A stretch of DNA of 64,000 bases from Longimicrobiales bacterium (lineage in GTDB: Bacteria > Gemmatimonadota > Gemmatimonadetes > Longimicrobiales > Gaopeijiaceae). The DNA lies in assembly GCA_041690395.1 (NCBI GenBank), contig JAWLHJ010000001.1:544001-608000 (forward strand), written 5' to 3'. The notes below the pieces were generated by a model, which was not told the origin of the DNA, ran no database searches, and saw only the letters and a list, made by a program, of their open reading frames with translations. Positions 17,438 to 26,541 of this stretch are shown piece after piece; within the stretch, counting starts at the first letter, position 1; every line of letters starts with the position of its first letter. The position numbers and the translations under genes are program-made.

Positions 17438-18691
17438 TCAGGCAGTCGCCCGGACGGAGCGCCGCTCGATGCGCCGCGTCAGGATGTGGGTCGTGAGGTC
17501 GAGCGCGTCCTGGCCCGCGCCGTCGATGAAGCTCGACTTCCGGCGTCTCAGGAAGCGGAGTCCCATGACGTAGAGACCGGGCACGGGCGTTACGCCGCCC
17601 ACGTGCCGGATCTCCCCGCCGGGGTCGAGCACCGGGATCTCGAGCCAGTCGTAGTTGCGGGCGTAGCCGGTCGCCCACAGCACGCTCAGGATTCCCTCGG
17701 CCGCGAGGTCGATGCGGTCGGGAGACGTGAGGAGTGGGGTGGGCGTGAAGGGTGGAGCCGGGGGAACGGACCCCTCCATGCCCCGCTCCCGGATGAACGC
17801 GTCGATCCGCTCCCGTAGGCGGGCGAGCTTCACGTCCGCGGCCACGGTGACCTCGATGAGGTCGTCACCGAGGTGGACCGTGGAGCCGTCGGCTCCGAGC
17901 ACGCGGCCGACCACACGCACTCCCTGGCCCATCAGCGTCGCGAGGTCGAGGTCGCGCCCCTCGGGCGAGCCGACGAGCTGCAGGGAGGGCTGCTCGGTCG
18001 ACGCACGGAGGTCGGCCACCTGGTCCGCCCGCTCGTCGAAGACGCCCATGCCGTCGAGCCACCACAGGATGTCGCGCCCGCGGTATCGCCTCGGCAGGCG
18101 CGTGTGACGCCCTACGGCTAGCGTCACCTGGCGCCCGGACGCCTGTAGCTCCGCCGCGAGCTGGATTCCGGTAGCGGAGGCTCCGACGACCAGGACGCCG
18201 CCTGGCGGGAGAGCGGCCGCGTTCCGGTAACGCGTGGAGTCGGTTTGCACGACTGTCCGCGGGAGGCGGTCCGCGAGCCTCGGGATCCTGGCCCGTTGGC
18301 AATCCCCGGTGGCGACGACGACGTGGTCCGCCAGCCAGCTGCCGTCACTCGTGGCGACCAGGAAGCGGTCTTCGAGCAGTCGAACCGAGCGGACCTCGAC
18401 GCCCGTCACGAGCGGCGCCGGGAACGAGGCCGCGTACCCTTCCAGATAGGTGACGACTTCGCGCCAGGGCATGTAGCCCTCGGCGTCCGGCCCCTCGTAT
18501 CGCCAGCCGGGGAGGCGAGCCTGCCACCGCGGCGTGAGGAGCCGGAGCGAATCCCACGACGCCCGTCGCCACCGGTCCGCGACCCCGCCGCGTTCCAGCA
18601 CGACGTGCTCGACGCCGGCGTCCGTGAGGGTTCGACTCATGGCGAGGCCGGACTGGCCTCCGCCGATGACCAGGGTGTCGATGCGTCTCAT
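17438..18691 (-). CDS. Flavin-containing monooxygenase-like NAD(P)/FAD-dependent oxidoreductase (CzcO/TrkA-like)
   Basis: LVIGGGQSG, WDSLRLLTP, VVVATG, VLVVGASATGIQLA, VLWATGY. Confidence 0.88.
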   Translation of the reverse strand: MRRIDTLVIGGGQSGLAMSRTLTDAGVEHVVLERGGVADRWRRASWDSLRLLTPRWQARLPGWRYEGPDAEGYMPWREVVTYLEGYAASFPAPLVTGVEVRSVRLLEDRFLVATSDGSWLADHVVVATGDCQRARIPRLADRLPRTVVQTDSTRYRNAAALPPGGVLVVGASATGIQLAAELQASGRQVTLAVGRHTRLPRRYRGRDILWWLDGMGVFDERADQVADLRASTEQPSLQLVGSPEGRDLDLATLMGQGVRVVGRVLGADGSTVHLGDDLIEVTVAADVKLARLRERIDAFIRERGMEGSVPPAPPFTPTPLLTSPDRIDLAAEGILSVLWATGYARNYDWLEIPVLDPGGEIRHVGGVTPVPGLYVMGLRFLRRRKSSFIDGAGQDALDLTTHILTRRIERRSVRATA

Positions 18692-18795
18692 GGGACGGGC
18701 CGTGGCTGCGGATGGCGGAGCGGGGGGAGACGAGAGGCGGAGGCGGGAGACCGGCCGGAGACGTTCCTCCGGCCGGCGCTCCGGCCGGTCCAACC

Positions 18796-19377
18796 TCAGG
18801 CCACGTCGACGTTGATCTCGACGGGCACCGAGTTGGTGATGATGTCGAACACCGCGGAGCGGGAGCGCGACTGCTCGACGATCTTGCGGAGGGTCGCCTC
18901 GTCGGCGTCGCCCTCGATGCGGAAGTCCACGCGGATCCGCTCGTAGCCGTTCCGAACCTCGTCGGAGAGGCCCAGGATGCCCTGGATGTCGATCTCACCC
19001 TCGATGGTGGCTTCGACAGACTTCAGGGTGACGCCGCGAGCGGCGGCGATGTTGCCGATGCCGGCGGTGAGGCAGGAGCCGAGCCCGGCGAGGACGAGCT
19101 CGACCGGGAGTGGAGCGTTGTCCGCGCCGACGAGGACCTGGGGGTGGTCGGCGTCGACGATGAACTCACGCACGTGCTCGTGCTCGCCGCCCGCGCCGTA
19201 GAACGACTTGATGGAGCTGCGGCTGTGCGTGCCCGATTGCCAGGTGGTCGTCGAGCGGAAGCGGAACGCCGCGAGCTCGCGCTGGTTGTCGACCGCGTTG
19301 ATGGTGGCGAACAGGGTGGGGGTATCGACTCCGTTGAGTGGGCCGCGGGCGGGCCGCTCGAGGGTTGCTTCCGACAT
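18796..19377 (-). CDS. OsmC-family protein (single-Cys type)
   Basis: LNGVD..., GADNAPLPVELVLAGLGSCLTAG; resolving position is Ser (SRSAVFDIITN). GGAGGA RBS. Confidence 0.88.
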   Translation of the reverse strand: MSEATLERPARGPLNGVDTPTLFATINAVDNQRELAAFRFRSTTTWQSGTHSRSSIKSFYGAGGEHEHVREFIVDADHPQVLVGADNAPLPVELVLAGLGSCLTAGIGNIAAARGVTLKSVEATIEGEIDIQGILGLSDEVRNGYERIRVDFRIEGDADEATLRKIVEQSRSRSAVFDIITNSVPVEINVDVA

Positions 19378-19469
19378 GTTGGTGTCCTCCGTGGTAGGGT
19401 TCTGGCCGGGGGCCTCGCCTCCGTCCGTATCGGGGATACAGGGTTCTCCGTCGGACGGGCTCACGCGTG

Positions 19470-19498
19470 TTGTCGGGACCGTCGGTCGCCCCTATCGT
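19470..19498 (+). promoter_or_regulatory. Sigma70-type promoter (TTGTCG-N17-TATCGT), leaderless ECF gene
   Basis: -10 ends 6 nt before ATG 19505. Confidence 0.6.
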
Positions 19499-19504
19499 GG
19501 CGGT

Positions 19505-20101
19505 ATGGACAAGCGTATCGACGCGGCGGACATCACCCGTCTGCTGGATGCGGCGACGGACGGGCGGCCCGAGGCTCTCGACGAGGTCTTCGAGGTGGCG
19601 TATCCGCGGCTGCGGGAGATCGCCCACGCACGGAGACGCGGTTGGCGGGGGTCCGACACGCTCAACACGACCGGGCTGGTGCACGAGGCGTATATGAAGC
19701 TCGCCGCCGGAGGTCCGGGGTCGTACGAGAACCGCGGGCACTTCTTCGCCACAACTGCGCGCGCCATGCGTCAGGTGCTCATCAACTACGCCGAGAAGCA
19801 GACGGCCCAGAAGCGTGGTGGTGGGCGGAGCGACGTGACCCTCTACGAGGGCGACGCCGTCACGGACGACGCGCTCGACGAGCTGCTGTCGCTCGACGAG
19901 GCGCTGAAGCGGCTCGAGGCGGTGGACGAGCGCCAGGCCGGTGTCGTGGAATGCCTGTTCTTCGCCGGTCTGAGTGTGGCCGAGACGGCCGAGGCGATGG
20001 AAGTCTCGCCGGCCACGGTCAAGAGGGACTGGGCGGCGGCGCGTGCCTGGCTCTACCGCGAGATGAACGAGTCGCCGGACTCGCCAGAGCCCCACGACTG
20101 A
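19505..20101 (+). CDS. ECF RNA polymerase sigma factor (TIGR02999-like)
   Basis: DITRLL...YPRLREIA...TLNTTGLVHEAYMKL...RGHFFA..ARAMRQVLINYA...KRGG...TVKRDWAAARAWL. Confidence 0.9.
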   Translation: MDKRIDAADITRLLDAATDGRPEALDEVFEVAYPRLREIAHARRRGWRGSDTLNTTGLVHEAYMKLAAGGPGSYENRGHFFATTARAMRQVLINYAEKQTAQKRGGGRSDVTLYEGDAVTDDALDELLSLDEALKRLEAVDERQAGVVECLFFAGLSVAETAEAMEVSPATVKRDWAAARAWLYREMNESPDSPEPHD

Positions 20102-20257
20102 ACCTCCCGGCCGGGCCGTCCCCTTCGGACGCGGCGTCCATGCCAGGGGGCTCCTCCCCTCGCGCACCGCTATCCTAGATTTCGATGGTGTCGGTCGTGG
20201 GCCGACGTTCCGTCGGTCTCGCCATGCAACGAAGACGGGCTCAAAGGGATACCACTG

Positions 20258-21805
20258 ATGATGAAGACCTCCTTGACCGCGATCTCGCTCCTCGTGCTCA
20301 CGGCCGGCCAGGCCACGGCACAGACGTTCCCGACCGACGATCCGGTGATCCGGGCGATGTGGGAGGAGGGGATGGAGCAGGGCTCGCAGGCGTTCGACCT
20401 CGCCCAGGCCCTGGTCGATTCGATCGGGCCGCGCCTCATGGGCTCGCCGGCCTACGAGGAAGCCGCGGATTGGCTCATCGAGCAGTACGAGGCATGGGGC
20501 GTCGAAGCCGAGCGCCAGCAGTACGGGACGTGGATCGGGTGGGACCGGGGCTACACGCACATCGATCTGGTCGCTCCCCGCGTCCGCACGCTCGAGGGGA
20601 TGATGCTGGCATGGAGCCCGGGAACCGATGGGCCGGTCGAGGCCGACGTCGTGCAGATGCCCCGCTTCGACAGCGCCGCGGACTTCGAAGCCTGGCTCCC
20701 GACCGTCGAGGGGAGCATGGTCGGCATCTCGCTTCCCGAGCCGACCTGCCGTCCGAACGAGTCGTGGGAGCAGTGGGCTACCGAAGAAGCCTACCAGGAA
20801 ATGGAGGCGGCCCGCGACCGGGGGCGTGCCGCCTGGCAGGCGTCGCTGCGCGCGATCGGGTCGGACTACGTCGAGCGCATCGAAGCGGCGGGAGCGGTGG
20901 GTCTGCTGACCGCGCGATGGTCCGAGGGGTGGGGCGCCGACAAGATCTTCAGCGCGCCGTCCCGGACCATCCCGGGCCTGCACCTCGCGTGCGAGGACTA
21001 CGGACTCGTGGCGCGCATGGCCGAGCGCGGCCAGGGTCCGCGCATCCGGCTCGACGCACGGGCGGAGTTCCTGGGTGACGTCCCGGCGTTCAACGTCGTC
21101 GCACGCATTCCCGGAACAGAGCTCCCGAACGAGTACGTCGTGCTGAGCGCCCACCTGGACTCCTGGGACGGCGCGTCCGGCGCCACCGACAACGGTACCG
21201 GCACCATCATGATGATGGAGGCCATGCGCATCCTGCGTGAGACCTATCCGAATCCGCGCCGCACGATCCTGGTCGGGCACTGGGGCGGGGAGGAGCAGGG
21301 GCTCATCGGCTCCACCGCGTTCGCGGCCGACAACCCGGACGTCGTGGACGGGCTGCAGGCCGCGTTCAACCAGGACAACGGGACCTGGCGCATCGACTTC
21401 ATCCGCATGCAGGGCTTCACCGGAGCGGGGGCCCACTTCGGCCGCTGGTTCTCGAAGATCCCCGGCGAGATCACCGGACATATCGAGCTGGACATCCCGG
21501 GCGTGCCGGAGGTCGGCGGGAGCGACCATATGTCGTTCATCTGCGTGCCGTCGCCAGGCTTCCGCCTGCAGTCCAACTACCCCGACTATCGACAGTACAC
21601 CTGGCACACGAACCTCGACACGTTCGACAAGATCGTGTTCGCGGATCTACGCAACAACGCGACACTGGCGGCCATGCTCGCCTACATGGCTTCCGAGGAC
21701 CCGGATCGGGTTCCGAGCGACACGAGGGTGCTGCCGTCCGACCCCGCTCCGGGGACGCCGAGTAGCTGGCCCCAGTGCCGCGCGCCGCGCCGCAGCTTCA
21801 ACTGA
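20258..21805 (+). CDS. Secreted M28 family metallopeptidase (carboxypeptidase Q-like)
   Basis: Signal peptide; IGPRLMGS, SAHLDSWD, GATDNGTG, GEEQGLIGS, GGSDH, WHTNLDTFD. Confidence 0.9.
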   Translation: MMKTSLTAISLLVLTAGQATAQTFPTDDPVIRAMWEEGMEQGSQAFDLAQALVDSIGPRLMGSPAYEEAADWLIEQYEAWGVEAERQQYGTWIGWDRGYTHIDLVAPRVRTLEGMMLAWSPGTDGPVEADVVQMPRFDSAADFEAWLPTVEGSMVGISLPEPTCRPNESWEQWATEEAYQEMEAARDRGRAAWQASLRAIGSDYVERIEAAGAVGLLTARWSEGWGADKIFSAPSRTIPGLHLACEDYGLVARMAERGQGPRIRLDARAEFLGDVPAFNVVARIPGTELPNEYVVLSAHLDSWDGASGATDNGTGTIMMMEAMRILRETYPNPRRTILVGHWGGEEQGLIGSTAFAADNPDVVDGLQAAFNQDNGTWRIDFIRMQGFTGAGAHFGRWFSKIPGEITGHIELDIPGVPEVGGSDHMSFICVPSPGFRLQSNYPDYRQYTWHTNLDTFDKIVFADLRNNATLAAMLAYMASEDPDRVPSDTRVLPSDPAPGTPSSWPQCRAPRRSFN

Positions 21806-21863
21806 ATCGTCCCGGATCGGGACCGACATCGTCACGAAGCGCTCACCTGGAGGGGAGCAGCAC

Positions 21864-22952
21864 ATGTTGAACCGAGAGCAGCTGATCGACCTGTACCGGA
21901 CCCATCGTGAAGAGAACGTGCTCAGCGTCTACGTGGACGGGGACGGCCACGACCCGGCCCAGCGCCGCGCCTGGACCGTCGAGTTCGAGCAGCGGCTCTC
22001 GAAGGAGCGGGCACGGGTCGAGGCCGAGAGCCCGGACCAGGTCGACGCCTTCGACCGGGCCAGGGAGTTGGTGCAGGACAAGCTCCGTCGCTACGGTGCT
22101 TTCCTCCCCGCCCGCGGGTGGGCGGGCTTCGCTACTCCCGAGGCGCTGCATTACGCAGAGGAGCTACCGGTGCCCATGCCCCACCTGGTGCGCTGGGAGC
22201 GCGGCCTGCGCGCGGCCCCCTACGTCAGGGCGCTGAAGCAGGACCGCATGGTCGTGGCCGTCCTCGTGGACAGCCGCAAGGCCCGCGTCTTCACCTACCG
22301 GAACGGGGAGCTGCACGAGCGCGCGGACCTCCTGGCGGATGTCGACATCGGAGAGCCGGGCGAGTCGAGCTCCTCCAAGCGTGCTTCGACGCACACGGGC
22401 ACCCACGGCGAGACCGGGACCGACGCGGCGCAGCGGGCGCTCGAGAAGAGCGCGTCGGATCTCCAGGCGAGGCTGGTCGAGGTCGTCGCGGAGTTCGCCG
22501 GGCGTGACGGCTACGTGGTGCTGGGCGGCATCGCCGAGCGTGAGACCGCTGTCGCGGCACAGCTCGAGAAGATGGCCGACCGGCTCATCGTGGTGCCGTC
22601 GATGCACCTCGCCATGAGCGAAGCGGAGGTGCGGGCCGCCGTGGAGACCGCCGCTTCGGAGATCAGCCGGAGGAGGCAGGGCGAGCTGCTCGGTGCGGTG
22701 ATGGACATGGCCCGCTCCGGCGGCAAGGGAGCGCTCGGCGTGCAGGCCACCGAGGACGCGCTGCGCGGGGTTCAGGTCGAGACTCTGTTGTTGACCCGGG
22801 GCTTCCGTGAGCGCCACCCGGACCTGGCGGACCACTTCGTCGGTACGGCGTTCGAGCAGGGCGCCAGCGTCGAGGAGCTCTCGGGCGAGAGCGCGGACCG
22901 CCTGGACGACGAGGCCGAGGGAGTAGCCGCGAGGCTGCGCTTCACCGCTTGA
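21864..22952 (+). CDS. Bacterial archaeo-eukaryotic release factor (baeRF/eRF1-Pelota-like) family protein
   Basis: VLSVYVD N-terminus, APYVRAL...VAVLVDSRKARVF, C-terminal ALG...AL...QVETLLL...QGASVE...GVAARLRF typical of eRF1 domain 3. GGAGGGGAG RBS. Confidence 0.75.
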   Translation: MLNREQLIDLYRTHREENVLSVYVDGDGHDPAQRRAWTVEFEQRLSKERARVEAESPDQVDAFDRARELVQDKLRRYGAFLPARGWAGFATPEALHYAEELPVPMPHLVRWERGLRAAPYVRALKQDRMVVAVLVDSRKARVFTYRNGELHERADLLADVDIGEPGESSSSKRASTHTGTHGETGTDAAQRALEKSASDLQARLVEVVAEFAGRDGYVVLGGIAERETAVAAQLEKMADRLIVVPSMHLAMSEAEVRAAVETAASEISRRRQGELLGAVMDMARSGGKGALGVQATEDALRGVQVETLLLTRGFRERHPDLADHFVGTAFEQGASVEELSGESADRLDDEAEGVAARLRFTA

Positions 22953-25714
22953 GTCGGAAGGGACCCGGGTTCGCCGGCGCCGCGGCGCCCCGGGTCCCTG
23001 AAGGGCGAGATGCGCCGGAGCCCGGTACCGTGACGGCGTGGCACGCCCTTTCGGTGGACGAGGTGCTGCGGGAGGTGGAGGCCGACGGGGGCGGCCTCGG
23101 CGCGGACGAGGCCGCCCGCAGGCTCGAGCGGTACGGCCCGAACAGCCTCAGGCCGCAGAAGCCCGTGTCGGCGTGGGCGATCTTCAAGCACCAGCTTTCG
23201 AGCGTGGTCGCGTGGCTTCTCGTGGTCGCCACGGGTGTGGCGCTCGCGATCGGGGACGCCGTCGAAGCGATCGCGATCGGTATCGTGCTGGCGATCAACG
23301 TGATCGTCGGCTTCTGGACCGAGTGGCGAGCACGCATCGCGGTCGACGCGCTCGGTCGACTCCAGGTGGAAGAGGCGGAGGTGCTCCGCGACGGGCACCG
23401 GGTGAAGATCGACGCGGCCGAGCTGGTGCCGGGCGACGTGGTCGTGCTTTCGGAAGGCGCCCGGGTGCCTGCGGACGCACGCCTCCTCGAGGCGAGCGAG
23501 CTGAGCATCGACGAGGCTCTCCTCACCGGTGAGTCGATGCCGGTTCTGAAGTCAGTGGAGCCCGTCGCGGAGGAGCGGTCCGGCGATACGGGCGTGGGGG
23601 ACCGCACGTCGATGGTGCTCAAGGGCACCACTGTGGCCCGAGGGTCGGGGACGGCCGTCGTAGTGGCGACGGGGACGGCGACCGAGGTCGGCAAGATCGG
23701 CGAGCTCGTGGGGACCCTGGAGCATGAGCCGACGCCCATCGAGCGTCGGCTGGACGTTCTGGGGCGTCGGCTGATCTGGATCACCCTCGGAGTCGCGCTC
23801 CTCGTCATCGCGGTCGGCCTGGCCGGCGGGCGCGATCCGTGGCTGGTGGTCGAGACGGGCCTCGCCCTGGCGATCGCGGCCGTACCCGAAGGGCTGCCGG
23901 TCGTGGCCACCATTACGCTGGCCGTCGGGATGTGGCGCATGGCCAAGAGGAATGCGCTCGTGCGACGTCCGCCGGCTGTCGAGGCCCTCGGGTCGGCGAC
24001 GGTCGTCTGCGCCGACAAGACCGGAACGCTGACCAGCGGACGGATGACCGTGACGTCCCTGCTCTCGGCCGAGGGACGGGTGGACGTGGACGGCGAGGGC
24101 CCGCCCTTCGAAGGCTTCCGGAAGCTCGTTCGCTCGGCCGTGCTGGCCAACGAGGGCACGCTCGAGCGCGTGGAGGGCCAGTGGAAGGGCGTCGGTGACC
24201 CGACGGACGTCGCCCTGCTCCGGCTCGGCATGGAGCAGGGGCTGGACCGGGACGAGCTCGTCTCCGAGGCCCCCGAGGTCGCTCGCCTCCCGTTCTCGAG
24301 CGCCCGCATGCTCATGGCCAGCTTCCATCGGCGGGACGGCGGTCCGGTCGAGATCCATGTGAAAGGAGCCACCGACCGGGTGCTCCCACGCTGCGACCGG
24401 CGGTTGGGCGCGGATGGGGAGGAGCCGCTCGACGAGACGCTCCGTGAAGAGCTCCGCGGGGAAGAGGAGGCGCTGGCCGCCGAAGGGCTCCGTGTTCTTA
24501 CGGTGGCGACCGGCACGACGGACGAGGGGGGAGCCGGGAGCGAGTCCGCGTTGCAGGGCCTCACGCTGCTCGGTTTCGTCGGATTGATGGACCCTCCGGC
24601 CGAAGGGGTCGAGGACGCGATCGAAGGCTTCCGGGCCGCGGGGATCCGCGTCGTGATGATCACCGGGGACCAGCCGGCCACGGCGCGTTCGATCGCCGAG
24701 CGACTCGGGATGCTGGAGGCCGGGGGACGCGTGGTCCGGGGAAGCGAGCTGTCGGCCATGGACGAAGCGGAGCTCCGGGAGGTCGCAGGGGAGGTGTCGG
24801 TCTTCGGCCGGGTCAGCCCGGGGGACAAGCTGCGGATCGTGGAGGCGCTGCTCGCCCGTGGCGAGGTGGTGGGGATGCTCGGCGACGGGGTGAACGACGC
24901 GCCCGCGCTCAAGCGGGCCGACATCGGTGTCGCCATGGGTGGACGTGGCACGGACGTGGCGAAGGGTGTCGCGGATCTCGTGCTCGCCGACGATCGGCTC
25001 GGGACCGTGGGGATCGCGGTGGAGGAGGGCCGCGTCATCTTCGACAACATCCGCAAGTTCGTTTTCTATCTCTTCTCCTGTAACCTCTCCGAGGTCGGGG
25101 TCGTCCTCGGCGCTTCGCTCGCAGGGGCGCCCCTCCCGCTCCTCCCGCTCCAGCTTCTCTGGCTGAACGTCGTCACCGACGTCTTTCCGGCCCTCGCCCT
25201 CTCGGCGGAGCCTGCCGAGCCCGACGTCATGCGCAGGCCCCCGAGGCCCAGGGACGCACCCATCCTCTCCAGGGGGCTTCTGACGTATCTGGGCTACTAT
25301 GCCGCGCTCATGACCGCGGTCACGCTCGGTGTCTTCTGGTGGGCGCTCACCCGCGGCCCCGCCACGCCCGGCTACGCCGTCACGATGTCGTTCATGACCC
25401 TGGCGATCGCCCAGCTCGCCCACGCGCTGAACGCCAGGCGCTTCGGGCCGGTGCGCCTGGGGTCGGGAGGCACGCGCAACCGGTGGATGGTCGCCGCGCT
25501 GCTCCTGGGTGTCGCGCTCCAACTCCTCGCCGTCTACGTCCCCATGCTTCAACGCGTTCTGGGGACCGTGCCTCTGGGGCTGGTGGACTGGGCGATCGTC
25601 GGCGGCGCGGCCCTCGTGCCGCTCGTCGCCGGTCAGGCGTGGAAGCACCTGAGGAGTCAATCGCCCAGGAACGACTCCAGCGCGGCGAGCGAGGCGTCCG
25701 GAAGTTCGTCCTGA
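22949..25714 (+). CDS. Cation-transporting P-type ATPase (type IIA, Ca2+-like); start may be GTG 23030
   Basis: LTGES, PEGL, DKTGT, KGA, MITGD, GDGVNDAP, LLWLNVVTD. Confidence 0.93.
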   Translation: MSRKGPGFAGAAAPRVPEGRDAPEPGTVTAWHALSVDEVLREVEADGGGLGADEAARRLERYGPNSLRPQKPVSAWAIFKHQLSSVVAWLLVVATGVALAIGDAVEAIAIGIVLAINVIVGFWTEWRARIAVDALGRLQVEEAEVLRDGHRVKIDAAELVPGDVVVLSEGARVPADARLLEASELSIDEALLTGESMPVLKSVEPVAEERSGDTGVGDRTSMVLKGTTVARGSGTAVVVATGTATEVGKIGELVGTLEHEPTPIERRLDVLGRRLIWITLGVALLVIAVGLAGGRDPWLVVETGLALAIAAVPEGLPVVATITLAVGMWRMAKRNALVRRPPAVEALGSATVVCADKTGTLTSGRMTVTSLLSAEGRVDVDGEGPPFEGFRKLVRSAVLANEGTLERVEGQWKGVGDPTDVALLRLGMEQGLDRDELVSEAPEVARLPFSSARMLMASFHRRDGGPVEIHVKGATDRVLPRCDRRLGADGEEPLDETLREELRGEEEALAAEGLRVLTVATGTTDEGGAGSESALQGLTLLGFVGLMDPPAEGVEDAIEGFRAAGIRVVMITGDQPATARSIAERLGMLEAGGRVVRGSELSAMDEAELREVAGEVSVFGRVSPGDKLRIVEALLARGEVVGMLGDGVNDAPALKRADIGVAMGGRGTDVAKGVADLVLADDRLGTVGIAVEEGRVIFDNIRKFVFYLFSCNLSEVGVVLGASLAGAPLPLLPLQLLWLNVVTDVFPALALSAEPAEPDVMRRPPRPRDAPILSRGLLTYLGYYAALMTAVTLGVFWWALTRGPATPGYAVTMSFMTLAIAQLAHALNARRFGPVRLGSGGTRNRWMVAALLLGVALQLLAVYVPMLQRVLGTVPLGLVDWAIVGGAALVPLVAGQAWKHLRSQSPRNDSSAASEASGSSS

Positions 25715-26541
25715 GGCAGATGGCCGCAGCGCTCGAAGACCCGCAGGCGGGCGTCGGGAAGCGCGCGAGCGAGCCGCTCCCCCACCCAGGCCGGAACGAC
25801 CCGGTCGTGCCGGCCCCACAGCAGGAGCGTCGGCGCGACCAGCGACGGGTACCGCTCCGTGATCGCCGCGAGGTCGGGCGGCTGTATGCGGCGGGCGGTC
25901 ACGATGAGCGCGGCGGGGGCACCCTCGCGGGCCAGCGGACGGGCGTAGCCTTCCACGAGGTCATCGGTGACGACGGACGGGTCGAAGACGATCGAGCGTA
26001 GTACCTGCCGCGCCAGGAGCCCCGGCGGCAGAGCCGCCAACAACAGGCGCGCGAGCCTGGGCGTGCGGGCGATCTTCACGAATGGCGGCATGCGCTGCGG
26101 GTAGGCCGCGCCCGCGAGGACCACGAGGCGGGCGGCCGGGGTTCCGGCGCCCTGGAGCTCGAGCGCCGTCAGGAGCGCGATGCCGCCCCCCAGGGAGTGA
26201 CCGACCAGCGTAACCCGGCCTGGCTCGATTCCTTCCTCGGAGGCGAGGCGTCCCAGCATCTCCACAACGAGTGCGGCCTGCCCGACCGGGCCGTAGGGCC
26301 CGTCAGGAGGCATCGCCGACCGGCCGCAGCCGAGCAGGTCGACGCCGATCACGTGGCCGCGGCGCTCCAGCACGGGCGCCCACGACCTCCACGAGAAGGT
26401 CGACGCACCGTAGCCGTGGATCAGCAGGAAGACGTCGGAGCCGGACGTCGGGTCGAGACCCGAGCGCTCCACGTGCAGAGCCTCCAGGAATCCCGCGGCC
26501 GGCCCATAGGCCGGCGTCGCGCCGGCGACCCCTTCGCTCAC
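25657..26541 (-). CDS. Alpha/beta fold hydrolase
   Basis: LIHGYGAS, DLLGCGRS, GHSLGG, WGRHDRVVP, CGHLPQDE. GTG start overlaps the upstream stop. Confidence 0.9.
   Translation of the reverse strand: MSEGVAGATPAYGPAAGFLEALHVERSGLDPTSGSDVFLLIHGYGASTFSWRSWAPVLERRGHVIGVDLLGCGRSAMPPDGPYGPVGQAALVVEMLGRLASEEGIEPGRVTLVGHSLGGGIALLTALELQGAGTPAARLVVLAGAAYPQRMPPFVKIARTPRLARLLLAALPPGLLARQVLRSIVFDPSVVTDDLVEGYARPLAREGAPAALIVTARRIQPPDLAAITERYPSLVAPTLLLWGRHDRVVPAWVGERLARALPDARLRVFERCGHLPQDELPDASLAALESFLGD

Noticed and set aside
18749..18790. CCGGCCGGAG/CTCCGGCCGG inverted repeat with a duplicated arm between OsmC and the flavoprotein gene
   Set aside because: A short GC-rich intra-operon stem without a U-tract; at most an mRNA-stability hairpin, insufficient for a call.
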